NCBI GenBank assembly: GCA_028275425.1
Contig: JAPWUT010000001.1
Span: forward strand, 1 to 34,642
Direction of reading: 5' to 3'
Source of the DNA: Anaerolineae bacterium
GTDB taxonomy: Bacteria; Chloroflexota; Anaerolineae; SpSt-600
Length of the DNA stretch: 34,642 bases
Both the position numbers and the translations under genes were made by a program. The notes under the pieces were generated by a model. The model was given only the letters and a program-made list of their open reading frames with translations. It did not search any database and was not told where the DNA came from. This document shows positions 25,048 through 33,600 of the stretch, in pieces (the first letter of the stretch is position 1; each line of letters begins with the position of its first letter).

Positions 25048-25974
25048 ATGGCCGTTGAGAGCTTTGCCCAGATGGTTGAGCTGGCCCGCAACAGGGGGCC
25101 AAAGCGAGTAGCCGTTGCGGCTGCGCACGACCCGGAAGTCCTCCTTTCTTTTGAAGAAGCCCGCAAAGCCGGCTTGGAAATATCCGGCTATCTGGTCGGG
25201 GATGCCCACGCCATTGAAGCCATTGCCAGGCAAGAAGGCATATCCTTGGCCGATTTTGAGGTAATCCACGAACCTGAACCCACTAAAGCGGCCCGAACGG
25301 TTGTCCTTCTGGCCAGAGAAGGGAAAGCCGATATCGTGATAAAAGGGCAGCTCAAAACGGCCGAGCTTTTATCCGTAGCCCTCAATAGGGAAATAGGCCT
25401 GAGGGATAAAACTTTGATGACCCATGTGGGGATATTTGAGATACCGGGGATGCACAAGCTCATTTACATAAGCGATAGCGGCGTTGTCCCCTACCCCGAT
25501 GTCTATCAGAAGCTGGAGATAATCCGAAATGCGGTGGAAGTAGCTCATCGCTTTGGGTTAGAGATGCCCAAAGTGGCCATATTGGCCGCTACCGAGGCTG
25601 TTCACCCCAAAATCCCAGCTTCCATTGATGCCTTAGCTTTGGCCAAAATGGCTGAGCAGGGCTGGATAGAAGGGGCCATCGTTGATGGCCCAATGGCTTT
25701 GGATACGGCAATTTCGGAGTATTCAGCCAGGGTTAAAGGGATAAAATCCCCCGTGGCCGGCCAGGCCGATATCCTCATCGTCCCCAATGTAGAGGCGGGC
25801 AACATCATGGCTAAGGGAATCCTATACTTCGCCCGGGCCAGGATGGCCGGCCACGTTGTGGGGGCAAAAGTCCCAATCCTCATAAATTCCAGAGCCGACG
25901 AAGCCGAAACTCGCTTCCTATCCTTAGCTATGGCCATTTACCTCAGCACCGAGCCCGCAACCCAATCCAAGTAA
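25048..25974 (+). CDS. ptb: Phosphate butyryl/acetyl-transferase (PTA_PTB family)
   Basis: 308 aa. ..RVAVAAAHDPEVL.. ADIVIKGQLKTAELL ..DGPMALDTA.. ADILIVPNVEAGNI are typical of Ptb-type phosphotransacylases. Confidence 0.75.
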   Translation: MAVESFAQMVELARNRGPKRVAVAAAHDPEVLLSFEEARKAGLEISGYLVGDAHAIEAIARQEGISLADFEVIHEPEPTKAARTVVLLAREGKADIVIKGQLKTAELLSVALNREIGLRDKTLMTHVGIFEIPGMHKLIYISDSGVVPYPDVYQKLEIIRNAVEVAHRFGLEMPKVAILAATEAVHPKIPASIDALALAKMAEQGWIEGAIVDGPMALDTAISEYSARVKGIKSPVAGQADILIVPNVEAGNIMAKGILYFARARMAGHVVGAKVPILINSRADEAETRFLSLAMAIYLSTEPATQSK

Positions 25975-26261
25975 CCCTTGTATCCGGCCTTTATCGGTAG
26001 GGCTATGATTTCGGGCACGGTGTAGGAGTGAAGTTCCTTCACTTTGGCCTCTAAGGCGGGGAAAGCAGAGGCGGTGGTTTTGGCTATCATTAAAGCTTCT
26101 TTATCTTCCTGAAGCTTCCCCTCCCACCAGTAGAAAGAGAAAACCTGGGGCACGATGTTGACGCAGGCGGCAAGCTTTTCTTCAACAAGAGCACGGGCAA
26201 TCTTAATGGCTTCGTCAACAGAGCTTGTGGTTATGAAAACGACGATGAACTCCCCTTCCAT
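25938..26261 (-). CDS. cutA: Divalent-cation tolerance protein CutA
   Basis: ..VVFITTSSVDEAIKIARALVEEKLAACVNIVPQVFSFYWWEGKLQEDKEALMIAKT..HSYTVPEIIALPI.. Start set to ATG 26261 (MEGEF..) with RBS GAGGTG. The 3' end overlaps the convergent ptb by 37 bp. Confidence 0.85.
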   Translation of the reverse strand: MEGEFIVVFITTSSVDEAIKIARALVEEKLAACVNIVPQVFSFYWWEGKLQEDKEALMIAKTTASAFPALEAKVKELHSYTVPEIIALPIKAGYKGYLDWVAGSVLR

Positions 26262-26271
26262 GGCCTTCACC

Positions 26272-27189
26272 TCAGCTTGCTTTCTTGACCACAACCCTGT
26301 CTAAGTCGTTCACTACGGTAGTGTTGGGGAAAATTGCTGCGGCCTCTTCCAGGACTTCGTTTGAGTTGTAGCGCCTGGATATGTGGATGAGGTAAAGGTG
26401 TTGGACCTCTGCTTCCAGGGCTAAGCGCGCGGCTTGAGCGGCAGTTATGTGGCCATACTGTCGGGCCAGCTCTTTTTCCGACTCAAGGTATGTAGCTTCT
26501 ATCACCAAAGCATCGGCTTTGTAGGCGGCTTCGGCGAGGTTGCGGGTTGAAGAGGCATCCCCCACAAAGACCAATTTCGCTCCGGGGACAGGAGGCCCCA
26601 AGACTTCATCGGGGGTAACGGTTCGGCCGTTGGGCAAGGTTATTGATTCCCCTTGGACGAGGCGACGCCTCTCAGGGCCGGCAGGTACTCCGAGGGCTTC
26701 GGCTTTTTCCACAAGGAATGGACGCTTAGGCTTCTCTTCAAAGATGAATCCAAAGGAATCGGCTCCTTTGTGGATTACCCTGAAGGCCCTGAGGGTGAAC
26801 TTTTCATCCTCCATGATAACCCCCGGCCCGATTTCGTGGTAGACGATGTTTATGGGGGGGATTTCGTCCATGAAGACCACTTTCATAAGGAGTTTTACCC
26901 GGCGGAGGGCCATTTTTCCCGCGTATATCTCAACCTCGTTTATTGCTTCCCAACGGGCGAAAGTTGATATCAGCCCTCCAAGGCCGAGGATGTGGTCAAG
27001 GTGGCCGTGAGTTAGGAGGATTTTGTTCAAGCGCCGGAAGCCAAGCCCGCTCTTCAGGATTTGCCTTTGGGTCCCCTCCCCGCAATCAATCAGGAAGCGG
27101 TGCTGGTTGTAAATGACAACCGCCGCCGGCAAATTCCTCTGCACTGAGGGAGCCGAGGCCGAGGTCCCCAAGAAGACGATTTCAAACAT
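26272..27189 (-). CDS. rnz: Ribonuclease Z (metallo-beta-lactamase fold)
   Basis: [30 protein letters not shown] and [14 protein letters not shown] (HxHxDH). Confidence 0.88.
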   Translation of the reverse strand: MFEIVFLGTSASAPSVQRNLPAAVVIYNQHRFLIDCGEGTQRQILKSGLGFRRLNKILLTHGHLDHILGLGGLISTFARWEAINEVEIYAGKMALRRVKLLMKVVFMDEIPPINIVYHEIGPGVIMEDEKFTLRAFRVIHKGADSFGFIFEEKPKRPFLVEKAEALGVPAGPERRRLVQGESITLPNGRTVTPDEVLGPPVPGAKLVFVGDASSTRNLAEAAYKADALVIEATYLESEKELARQYGHITAAQAARLALEAEVQHLYLIHISRRYNSNEVLEEAAAIFPNTTVVNDLDRVVVKKAS

Positions 27190-27193
27190 CCCT

Positions 27194-28471
27194 TTACCTC
27201 TGAACTTGCGGGAGCATTATGGTGAAAATGGCTTGATATTCCTCCACTAAGGCCAAAGGCTCTCCGCTCTTCCCTCCTACGGCGTAAATTTTATTGCCAA
27301 TGGCTACAACCCCCAAATTCCTCCACTCCCCTAAGATTGGGCTATCAAAGGGCGTCCAGAGGTCGGCTTTGGGATCGTACCGCTCATTGTGGGCCAAGTA
27401 GTTCTTCCACCCCCCTCCTACAGCGTATATCCAGGGGCCGATGGAGCTCATCCCGAACCCAGCCCTGCCCAGAATCATAGGGGAACGCTTCTGCCAAAGC
27501 TTCTTTTGGGGGTCAAACTCCTCCACTTCCCTCAATTCCCGTGAGCCATTGATTCCTCCGGCAACGTAGATGCGGTCATTTAGGACAGCGGCAGCAGCAA
27601 AGGCCCTCGGGGTAGGCATAGGCGGTAGCTCTTGCCAACTATCGGCTTCGGGGTCGTATAGGAAAGCTTTATTTATGGCCCTTTTCCCATCCCATCCGCC
27701 GAATAGGTAAATTTTCCCCTGGTAAGAGGCGATGGCGTAGCCACATAGAGGCATGGGAAGCGAAGCCCCCCTTGTCCAGGCATCCCCAGCAGGGTCGTAT
27801 ATTTCCAATGCATCGGTTAAAGTGCCATCGGGGGTATAGCCGCCTGGGATGTAGATTTTGCCCCCCAAGGATGCAGCGGCGATGTTGCTTACCGGGATAG
27901 GCTTAGGAGCTTTTTCCTCCCACCTATTTTGGCCGGGGTAGTAAGCCAGGACTTTCCCGTCAACGTTTCCGGCCACTTCCCCTCCGATGATGATTATCGC
28001 TCCTTCCCAGGAGCTTACGGCCATCCTGGTGCGTGGGGAGGGGAGGAAGCTTTTGAGGAGCCAGCGGCCCGAAGCCATCATAGCTGCAGGGCGGGAAGGG
28101 GAGGTAACGTCGGCCAGGAAAGAGGAGGAGCCTCTGGCTTGGATTGGCGAAATCCAAGGCATGGCTACCAGTATGGAGGCAAGGAGCAACGCGCTGAGCA
28201 GGAAGGCTTTCTTCCACAGGGGCAGAGGGGCAACCCGGGTTTCCGGGGGCTTGAGGCTTACTTCCCCAACTTCAATCCACCCCTCTTTTATGGCCAACGT
28301 AACGGCCTCGGTTCGGGATTGGACCCCCAGCTTTTCAAAGATGTTGCGGAGGTGGACTTTAACGGTGTTGGTGCTTATGTACAGTTTGCTGGCTATCTGC
28401 TCGTTAGTGGCTCCCAAAGCGGCCATTTTCAGGATTTCCAGCTCCCTTTGGCTTAGGGGGCACTTTTCCAT
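27194..28471 (-). CDS. LuxR-type HTH + transmembrane helix + Kelch-repeat beta-propeller protein
   Basis: N-terminal [45 protein letters not shown], then a TM helix [19 protein letters not shown], then at least 6 Kelch-like blades ([41 protein letters not shown]). Confidence 0.8.
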   Translation of the reverse strand: MEKCPLSQRELEILKMAALGATNEQIASKLYISTNTVKVHLRNIFEKLGVQSRTEAVTLAIKEGWIEVGEVSLKPPETRVAPLPLWKKAFLLSALLLASILVAMPWISPIQARGSSSFLADVTSPSRPAAMMASGRWLLKSFLPSPRTRMAVSSWEGAIIIIGGEVAGNVDGKVLAYYPGQNRWEEKAPKPIPVSNIAAASLGGKIYIPGGYTPDGTLTDALEIYDPAGDAWTRGASLPMPLCGYAIASYQGKIYLFGGWDGKRAINKAFLYDPEADSWQELPPMPTPRAFAAAAVLNDRIYVAGGINGSRELREVEEFDPQKKLWQKRSPMILGRAGFGMSSIGPWIYAVGGGWKNYLAHNERYDPKADLWTPFDSPILGEWRNLGVVAIGNKIYAVGGKSGEPLALVEEYQAIFTIMLPQVQR

Positions 28472-28669
28472 AGTCCACCTCTGGAAGACTCCGCTTACTT
28501 TTTAAGTTTACCTCAGAGCTTACGAAGTGCGCAAATGCTAATAATTCGCCGGTATGTTCGTTCCCTCTTCTCGCTCACGTGGGTGGTCTTAAGCGATTTC
28601 CTATCCCAGTTGGGCTGGGGGTTAAGTCGCAAGGGGGTACGGATTTTGCCTTGTGAGCTAAAAATTAAA

Positions 28670-28741
28670 TTCGGGGGCCAGGATTCGAACCTGGACCGAG
28701 GGATCCAAAGTCCCTTGTCCTGCCCATTAGACGACCCCCGA
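28670..28741 (-). tRNA. tRNA-Gln (anticodon UUG), CCA not encoded
   Basis: The minus strand reads TCGGGGG TC GTCTAATGGGCAGGAC A AGGGA-CTTTGGA-TCCCT .. CCAGG-TTCGAAT-CCTGG CCCCCGA A. It has a 7-bp acceptor stem with U1-A72 (typical of bacterial tRNA-Gln), a GGTTCGAATCC T-arm and anticodon loop CU-UUG-GA. Confidence 0.9.
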
Positions 28742-28751
28742 ATGCACTTTT

Positions 28752-28780
28752 ATTATAGCATCAATCGGCGAAGGAAGCAA
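28752..28780 (-). promoter_or_regulatory. Putative promoter of tRNA-Gln
   Basis: The minus strand reads TTGCTT, a 17-nt spacer, then TATAAT. The -10 ends about 10 nt before the mature tRNA 5' end. Confidence 0.5.
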
Positions 28781-28852
28781 GAGCTTAGAGCACTTGCGCC
28801 ACTTTCCCCCCTCGTTGGGGGGGGCAGGCTTATGAGCTATGCACCTCGGAAA

Positions 28853-28881
28853 TTGACGGGATGGGTTTGGCATGATAAAAT
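28853..28881 (+). promoter_or_regulatory. Putative promoter (extended -10) of upp
   Basis: TTGACG, a 17-nt spacer (ending in the TGa of the extended -10), then TAAAAT, about 25 nt upstream of ATG 28907. Confidence 0.5.
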
Positions 28882-28906
28882 GGAAAAAATCTTAAGGAGG
28901 GGAAAA

Positions 28907-29560
28907 ATGGGTCAGGTTTATGTCTCCAATCATCCGCTGGTCCAGCACAAGCTGACCATATTGAGGGACATAAACACTGAGCCGAAGCGCTTCCGGGAGC
29001 TTCTTAGGGAAATAACTTGGCTCCTCCTCTATGAAGCCACCAGGGACCTCGCAGTGGAAGAGAAGCAAGTGACCACCCCCTTAGGGACAGCGGTTGGGGT
29101 CCAGCTTACCGAAGATATAGCCTTCTGCCCCATCTTGAGGGCCGGCCTCGGCATGATAGAGCCGGCTTTGGAATTAATCCCAGGAGCTCAGGTCTGGCAC
29201 ATAGGGATTTATCGGGACCACAAGACCCTCAAGCCCATTGAGTATTACACAAGCCTTCCGAAGAAAGCCACTGCCCAGGTGGCCATAATCCTGGACCCGA
29301 TGTTAGCCACAGGGGGGTCGGCTGTGATGGCCGGCACTCTCCTCAAGGGCATTGGGGTCCCGAGGATAAAATTTGTGGGGATAATAGCGGCTCCGGAAGG
29401 GTTAGAAAAGCTTCGCAATTCCCATCCGGACATAGACGTCTTTGTGGCGGCGGTGGACAAATACCTCACCCCCGAACCTCAGAAGCCGGGGGACCCGCCG
29501 GCCGGGTACATCGTTCCAGGCCTTGGTGATGCCGGAGACCGCCAGTTCGGCACAAGCTAA
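28907..29560 (+). CDS. upp: Uracil phosphoribosyltransferase
   Basis: MGQVYVSNHPLVQHKLTILRD.., the PRPP loop ILDPMLATGGSA, and C-terminal GLGDAGDRQFGT. The start ATG has RBS AAGGAGGGG. The track ORF start at 28535 runs across the tRNA and is rejected. Confidence 0.92.
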   Translation: MGQVYVSNHPLVQHKLTILRDINTEPKRFRELLREITWLLLYEATRDLAVEEKQVTTPLGTAVGVQLTEDIAFCPILRAGLGMIEPALELIPGAQVWHIGIYRDHKTLKPIEYYTSLPKKATAQVAIILDPMLATGGSAVMAGTLLKGIGVPRIKFVGIIAAPEGLEKLRNSHPDIDVFVAAVDKYLTPEPQKPGDPPAGYIVPGLGDAGDRQFGTS

Positions 29561-29667
29561 GGCCTTAAGAAGGAGGGAGGCCGATTAGCTTAAGGGATTG
29601 GTATTCCGGTCTTTCTCATTCACAGAGGCTTACTTATGGCTTCCTTTTAGCCATAATCTTAGCCACT

Positions 29668-30117
29668 TTGCCATGCTACTGCCTTGGGTTCTTGGCCTTG
29701 GCCTTCGCTCCACCGCGTAAGCCCATATCCACCCCCATAATATGGCCTTCTCCTATCCCTACCTTCACCCCTACCTCCACCTCCAGCCCTACCCCCACTT
29801 TTACCCTAATCCCAACCCCTACTCAGCGGCCTCCCTTCCCTACCTTTACCCCTACGAAAACTGCTACCCCAACCTTTACCCCAACTCAGACTTTCACCCC
29901 CACTCCTACCGAAACCATCACCCCAACCCTTACACCCACTCCAACCGGAACTTTTACCCCCACCCCTACCGAGACCTTCACCCCTACGCCTACCGAGACG
30001 TTAACCCCTACTCCTACTGAAACCTTCACGCCTACCCCTACCGAGACTTTTACCCCGGCCCCTCCAGAAACCCTTACCCCCTCTCCTACCGCAACTTCTA
30101 CCGGGCTCAAGCCATAA
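29668..30117 (+). CDS. Pro/Thr-rich repeat protein with N-terminal hydrophobic anchor (start uncertain)
   Basis: A hydrophobic N-terminus is followed by about 120 aa of PT-rich sequence ending in 8-aa repeats TPTPTETF/L. The repeat codons vary synonymously, which argues for selection at the protein level. The frame is open from 29569. Confidence 0.5.
   Translation: MPCYCLGFLALAFAPPRKPISTPIIWPSPIPTFTPTSTSSPTPTFTLIPTPTQRPPFPTFTPTKTATPTFTPTQTFTPTPTETITPTLTPTPTGTFTPTPTETFTPTPTETLTPTPTETFTPTPTETFTPAPPETLTPSPTATSTGLKP
29896..30090 (+). repeat. 24-bp (8-codon) tandem repeats encoding TPTPTETx
   Basis: ACCCCCACCCCTACCGAGACCTTC / ACCCCTACGCCTACCGAGACGTTA / ACCCCTACTCCTACTGAAACCTTC / ACGCCTACCCCTACCGAGACTTTT ... 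Confidence 0.8.
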
Positions 30118-30254
30118 AGATTACTCCTGGCTCTATTGCTTGTCAGTAGCTGGGATAATGCAGAGCTGCGCCAAGGCGCGGGAAAATTAACGGGCAAGCG
30201 ACAAATAAAAAGGGAGATTAGCGCAAAGCCGCGGTTTACACTCTGGAACATACC

Positions 30255-30283
30255 TTGACAAAAAGGGTAAAATCTGCTATAGT
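30255..30283 (+). promoter_or_regulatory. Putative strong sigma70 promoter (extended -10) of the surface-protein operon
   Basis: Consensus TTGACA (30255-30260), a 17-nt spacer (ending in the TGc of the extended -10), then TATAGT (30278-30283). RBS GGGAGGG, then ATG 30306. Confidence 0.6.
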
Positions 30284-30305
30284 AAAACGTGGGAGGGCTG
30301 AAACA

Positions 30306-30632
30306 ATGGCCTCACGATTTTGCTTTTTTGCTTTTGCTCTGGTTTTGCTTGCGCTGGCCATAACCCCCCTCAACAGTGCAGAGGTGTTCGCTGGGTTCAC
30401 TCCCACCTTTACTCCAACCCCAACTTTTACCCCTGTCCCACCTACGCCTACCCCTGTCCCACCCCCACCTGCGCCCACGCCCTTGCCTCCTACCCCAACC
30501 CCGACCCTTGCTCCTCTGCTTCCCGTTACCGGAGGCTCCTTTGGTTTTGCCCACGGCTTGATAATCTTTTCAGGTCTAATCGCTTTTGTGGCAGGAATTT
30601 TGGGCCTTTTGAGGAGAAATTTTAGGGCATAA
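30306..30632 (+). CDS. Minimal LPXTG-type sortase substrate: signal peptide + PT-rich linker + LPVTG sorting signal
   Basis: MASRFCFFAFALVLLALAITPLNSAEVFA (signal peptide), then a PT-rich 50 aa, then LPVTGG plus a hydrophobic stretch SFGFAHGLIIFSGLIAFVAGILGLL and the basic tail RRNFRA. The start was moved from track position 30255 (which lies inside the promoter) to ATG 30306. Confidence 0.7.
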   Translation: MASRFCFFAFALVLLALAITPLNSAEVFAGFTPTFTPTPTFTPVPPTPTPVPPPPAPTPLPPTPTPTLAPLLPVTGGSFGFAHGLIIFSGLIAFVAGILGLLRRNFRA

Positions 30633-30651
30633 AAAGCCAAGGGGGTAGATT

Positions 30652-33600
30652 ATGGCTCTGCTCTTATTGCCTTTAGTCTTTTCGTTTGGAAGTTTTGCCG
30701 CGCTGGCCTTTGCCCTTCGCTTCTATCGGCATGATAGGAAAGCTTTAACTCGCCGGAAGCAAAAGTTTGAAGTCCCCTTGCGTTTTGAATTCAATTCCAT
30801 CCCGAACCTTATCGCTTTAATCTCCCTGTTTACCTCCTTTCTGCCCGCTCCTTCCTTGCCTGCACAAGCTTCTCAGCCGCTTGATGAATCTTTGCCTTCT
30901 TATCCTGCAAACATCACTCCTACCCCGAAAACTTGTTCCAACTTCTGCCCTCTCCCCAACAACCTTTTGAGCGATGAAAGCCATCACTCAATCACAAGTA
31001 TCACCGTCACCGGTCCATCCGCGCCGATAAACAACTGCGACGTGGTCACCTTCACCATCGTCGCTGTTAACGATACCGTCACCACCACCAATGTCATCAT
31101 CACCAGCACGATGCCCGCTGGCTTTGAGCCCACCGAGCCGGTGGTCTTCAAAGTCGACACCGTTGAGCCCGGCGAAGTCATCACCCGCTATGCCGTCTTC
31201 TCCGCCACCTGCTCCGCTGTCTCCGGACAGAACGTGGTCACCCTCACCCAGGATGGTGGCCCCACAATTGTCAAGTACACCGATTTTGTGGTCAACCCCG
31301 GCGCCATCACCGTCCGCAAGGAGCCGGCTGTTATCAAAGCCGCGCCCGATGAAGTGGTCACCTGGACCGTCTACATTGAGAACACCGGCTACGGCAATGT
31401 CTACAACGTCCGGGTGACTGACACGCTGGGGAGCGGCCTCCAGTACGTCTCTGGCCTCACCTCTGCCTACGTCATCTCCATCCCCGTCGGCGGGGTAGTC
31501 ACCTTCCCCATCGCCGCCCGCGTCGTCGGCTGCTCAAACCTGGAGAACGTGGTCACCGCCACCTGGGGCTGCAACGGCCAGATGTGCCTGACCCCTCAGA
31601 CGGCCAAAGGGGCGGTGGACCTGGAGATGCGTAACCCTGTCCTGAAGTTCTCTCTGCCCGCTTTCAATGTCACGTATTGCGACGGCTACGGCGTCTTCAC
31701 CATCCCCATCACCAACACCGGCGACGGCACGGCCTACTCCGGGACGCTGGCGGTGGACCTCTCGCCCTTCAATGTGAGCGTCGCCCCGCCTGCTTCCTAC
31801 TCCTCCGGCGCATTCTATCTGCCGCCTATCCCGCCCGGCCAGACCTACAACCTGGTCTTCACCCTGACCCTCCCCTCCGCAGTCTGCACGATGCCCCGCA
31901 GCGGCACCTTCAACTTTGACCTGACCTACTATGACCGCTGCGGCGACCTGTATACCGAACTCCCCCAGTCCGCCTCCTGGAATCTGGTGAACGCGCCGGG
32001 TCAGTTGAGCGTGAGCAAGTCCATGCCCCGCGAAGTCTATCGGGGCGAGAACGTCGCCGCCACGATTACGGTGAACGCCAGCGGCATCAGCGGCACGGTC
32101 GTTGTCACCGACCAGGTGCCGGCGGGATGGAGCGTGGTGAACGCCGCCGGGGGCAATGTTTTCACCGTGGGCGGCGTCACCTACATCACCTGGACGCTGA
32201 CCGGCACCGCGACCCTCAACCCGGTCTTCGCCACCCCCGATGCTGCCACCGGCTGCGCCTACTGCGGCACCGCCGCCACCAACATCGTCACCGCTACCGC
32301 CTCCGACTGCCAGAACTGCCTCCAGGCCGCCACCGACCAGGCCACAACCTACATTCAGTGCCACGAGCCGGTGGCCACGACCTCCAAGCAGGTCTCCGGT
32401 CCCGCCGAGACCTGCACCGACCCGGCCTATACCTACACCAACACCTACCATTTTGCTGGGACCTTCATAGTGACTCCGACCTGGCAGGGGATGGTCTTCA
32501 CCGAGACGCTCCCCTATCAGACCTACGTCACGGGCAGCGCATCGGTCTGGATGAGCGATGGCTCTATTACCTGCACCGCCGCGTTCTCTGCAGATGTGGT
32601 GGGCGGAAGGCTGGTCATCTCCAACATCTCCCCCACCTGCCCTATCACCGTCCCCGGCGCCACGATGTGGATTTCCTACCAGACGGCGGTGGGCGAACCG
32701 GCCCGCTGCTCCGACTTTGAGTGGTACGACTGGTCTTATCTGAACCTGGGGGTGACGGGCAACGCCGAATGCGCCGCCGACGGCGTGATTGAAGAGGGCG
32801 TCTTCGTGCAGACCCTGGCCCCGGCGATGAGCCTGAGCCTCTCCGGTCTGCCGCCCAACGTCTCCTCCTGCGGGGTCTACACGGTGACCCTGACGGCTCA
32901 GCGCAGTTCCTCCGTCCCGGCCTATGATGTTGTTGTGGATGTGCCCACGTCCACGTATGCTGTTTTAGACGTCCTTGGCTTCTCCGGCGCCACGCCGATC
33001 TACACCGAAACGGACTCCCTCGGCTACCACTGGTATTACTCGGATACTTTTGCCACCGCCACCACCGGCACAGTCCAGTTGCGGGTGCAATTGCGCTGCG
33101 GGAGCGGCACCGCGCCCTTCCAGGGCACGCTCCACTACGACAACCGCTGCGCCGACGACTCGACCTACCAGAAGCAGTGCAGCACTGGCGGCACGCTGGG
33201 CTCGCCGCCCGTGGTCCAGCCTCTGCCTATCATGACCAAGTTCCCCGAAGTCATCTACGCCCACGGGGACGTGGTCACCTGGACGCTCATCGCCTACAAC
33301 TCCGGCGCCGGCCCGGCCTACAGCGTCGTCCTCACCGACCTCCTGGGCAGCGGTCTGCGCTACGAGGATTCGTCCATCACTTCCACCCAGGGCTCCGTGG
33401 CCGGGGTGACCCCCATCACCTCCTCCAACCTGGTCACCTGGAACTTGCCGGTTATCCAGCCCAAGGAAAAGGTCACCATCCAGTACGTCGCCGAGATTAT
33501 CGGCTGTGCGGACCTGACCAACCGCTTTGCCGGTGTGCAGGGATGCCTGGGCCAGACCTGCCAATCGGGTGGGCCGGTGTTTTCCCGTGTGGAAATTCCG

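Noticed and set aside
23986-25974. tdh followed by ptb instead of kbl as a novel threonine pathway
   Set aside because: This is only adjacency of two common enzyme families. Nothing in the sequence shows a functional link, and kbl may be encoded elsewhere.
25938-25974. 37-bp convergent overlap of the ptb and cutA 3' ends
   Set aside because: Short convergent overlaps are common in compact genomes. There is no associated structure or signal beyond the overlap itself.
28535-28906. N-terminal extension of upp in the track ORF (start 28535)
   Set aside because: The extension runs straight across the minus-strand tRNA-Gln and its promoter. A promoter, a strong RBS and the canonical Upp N-terminus all point to ATG 28907.
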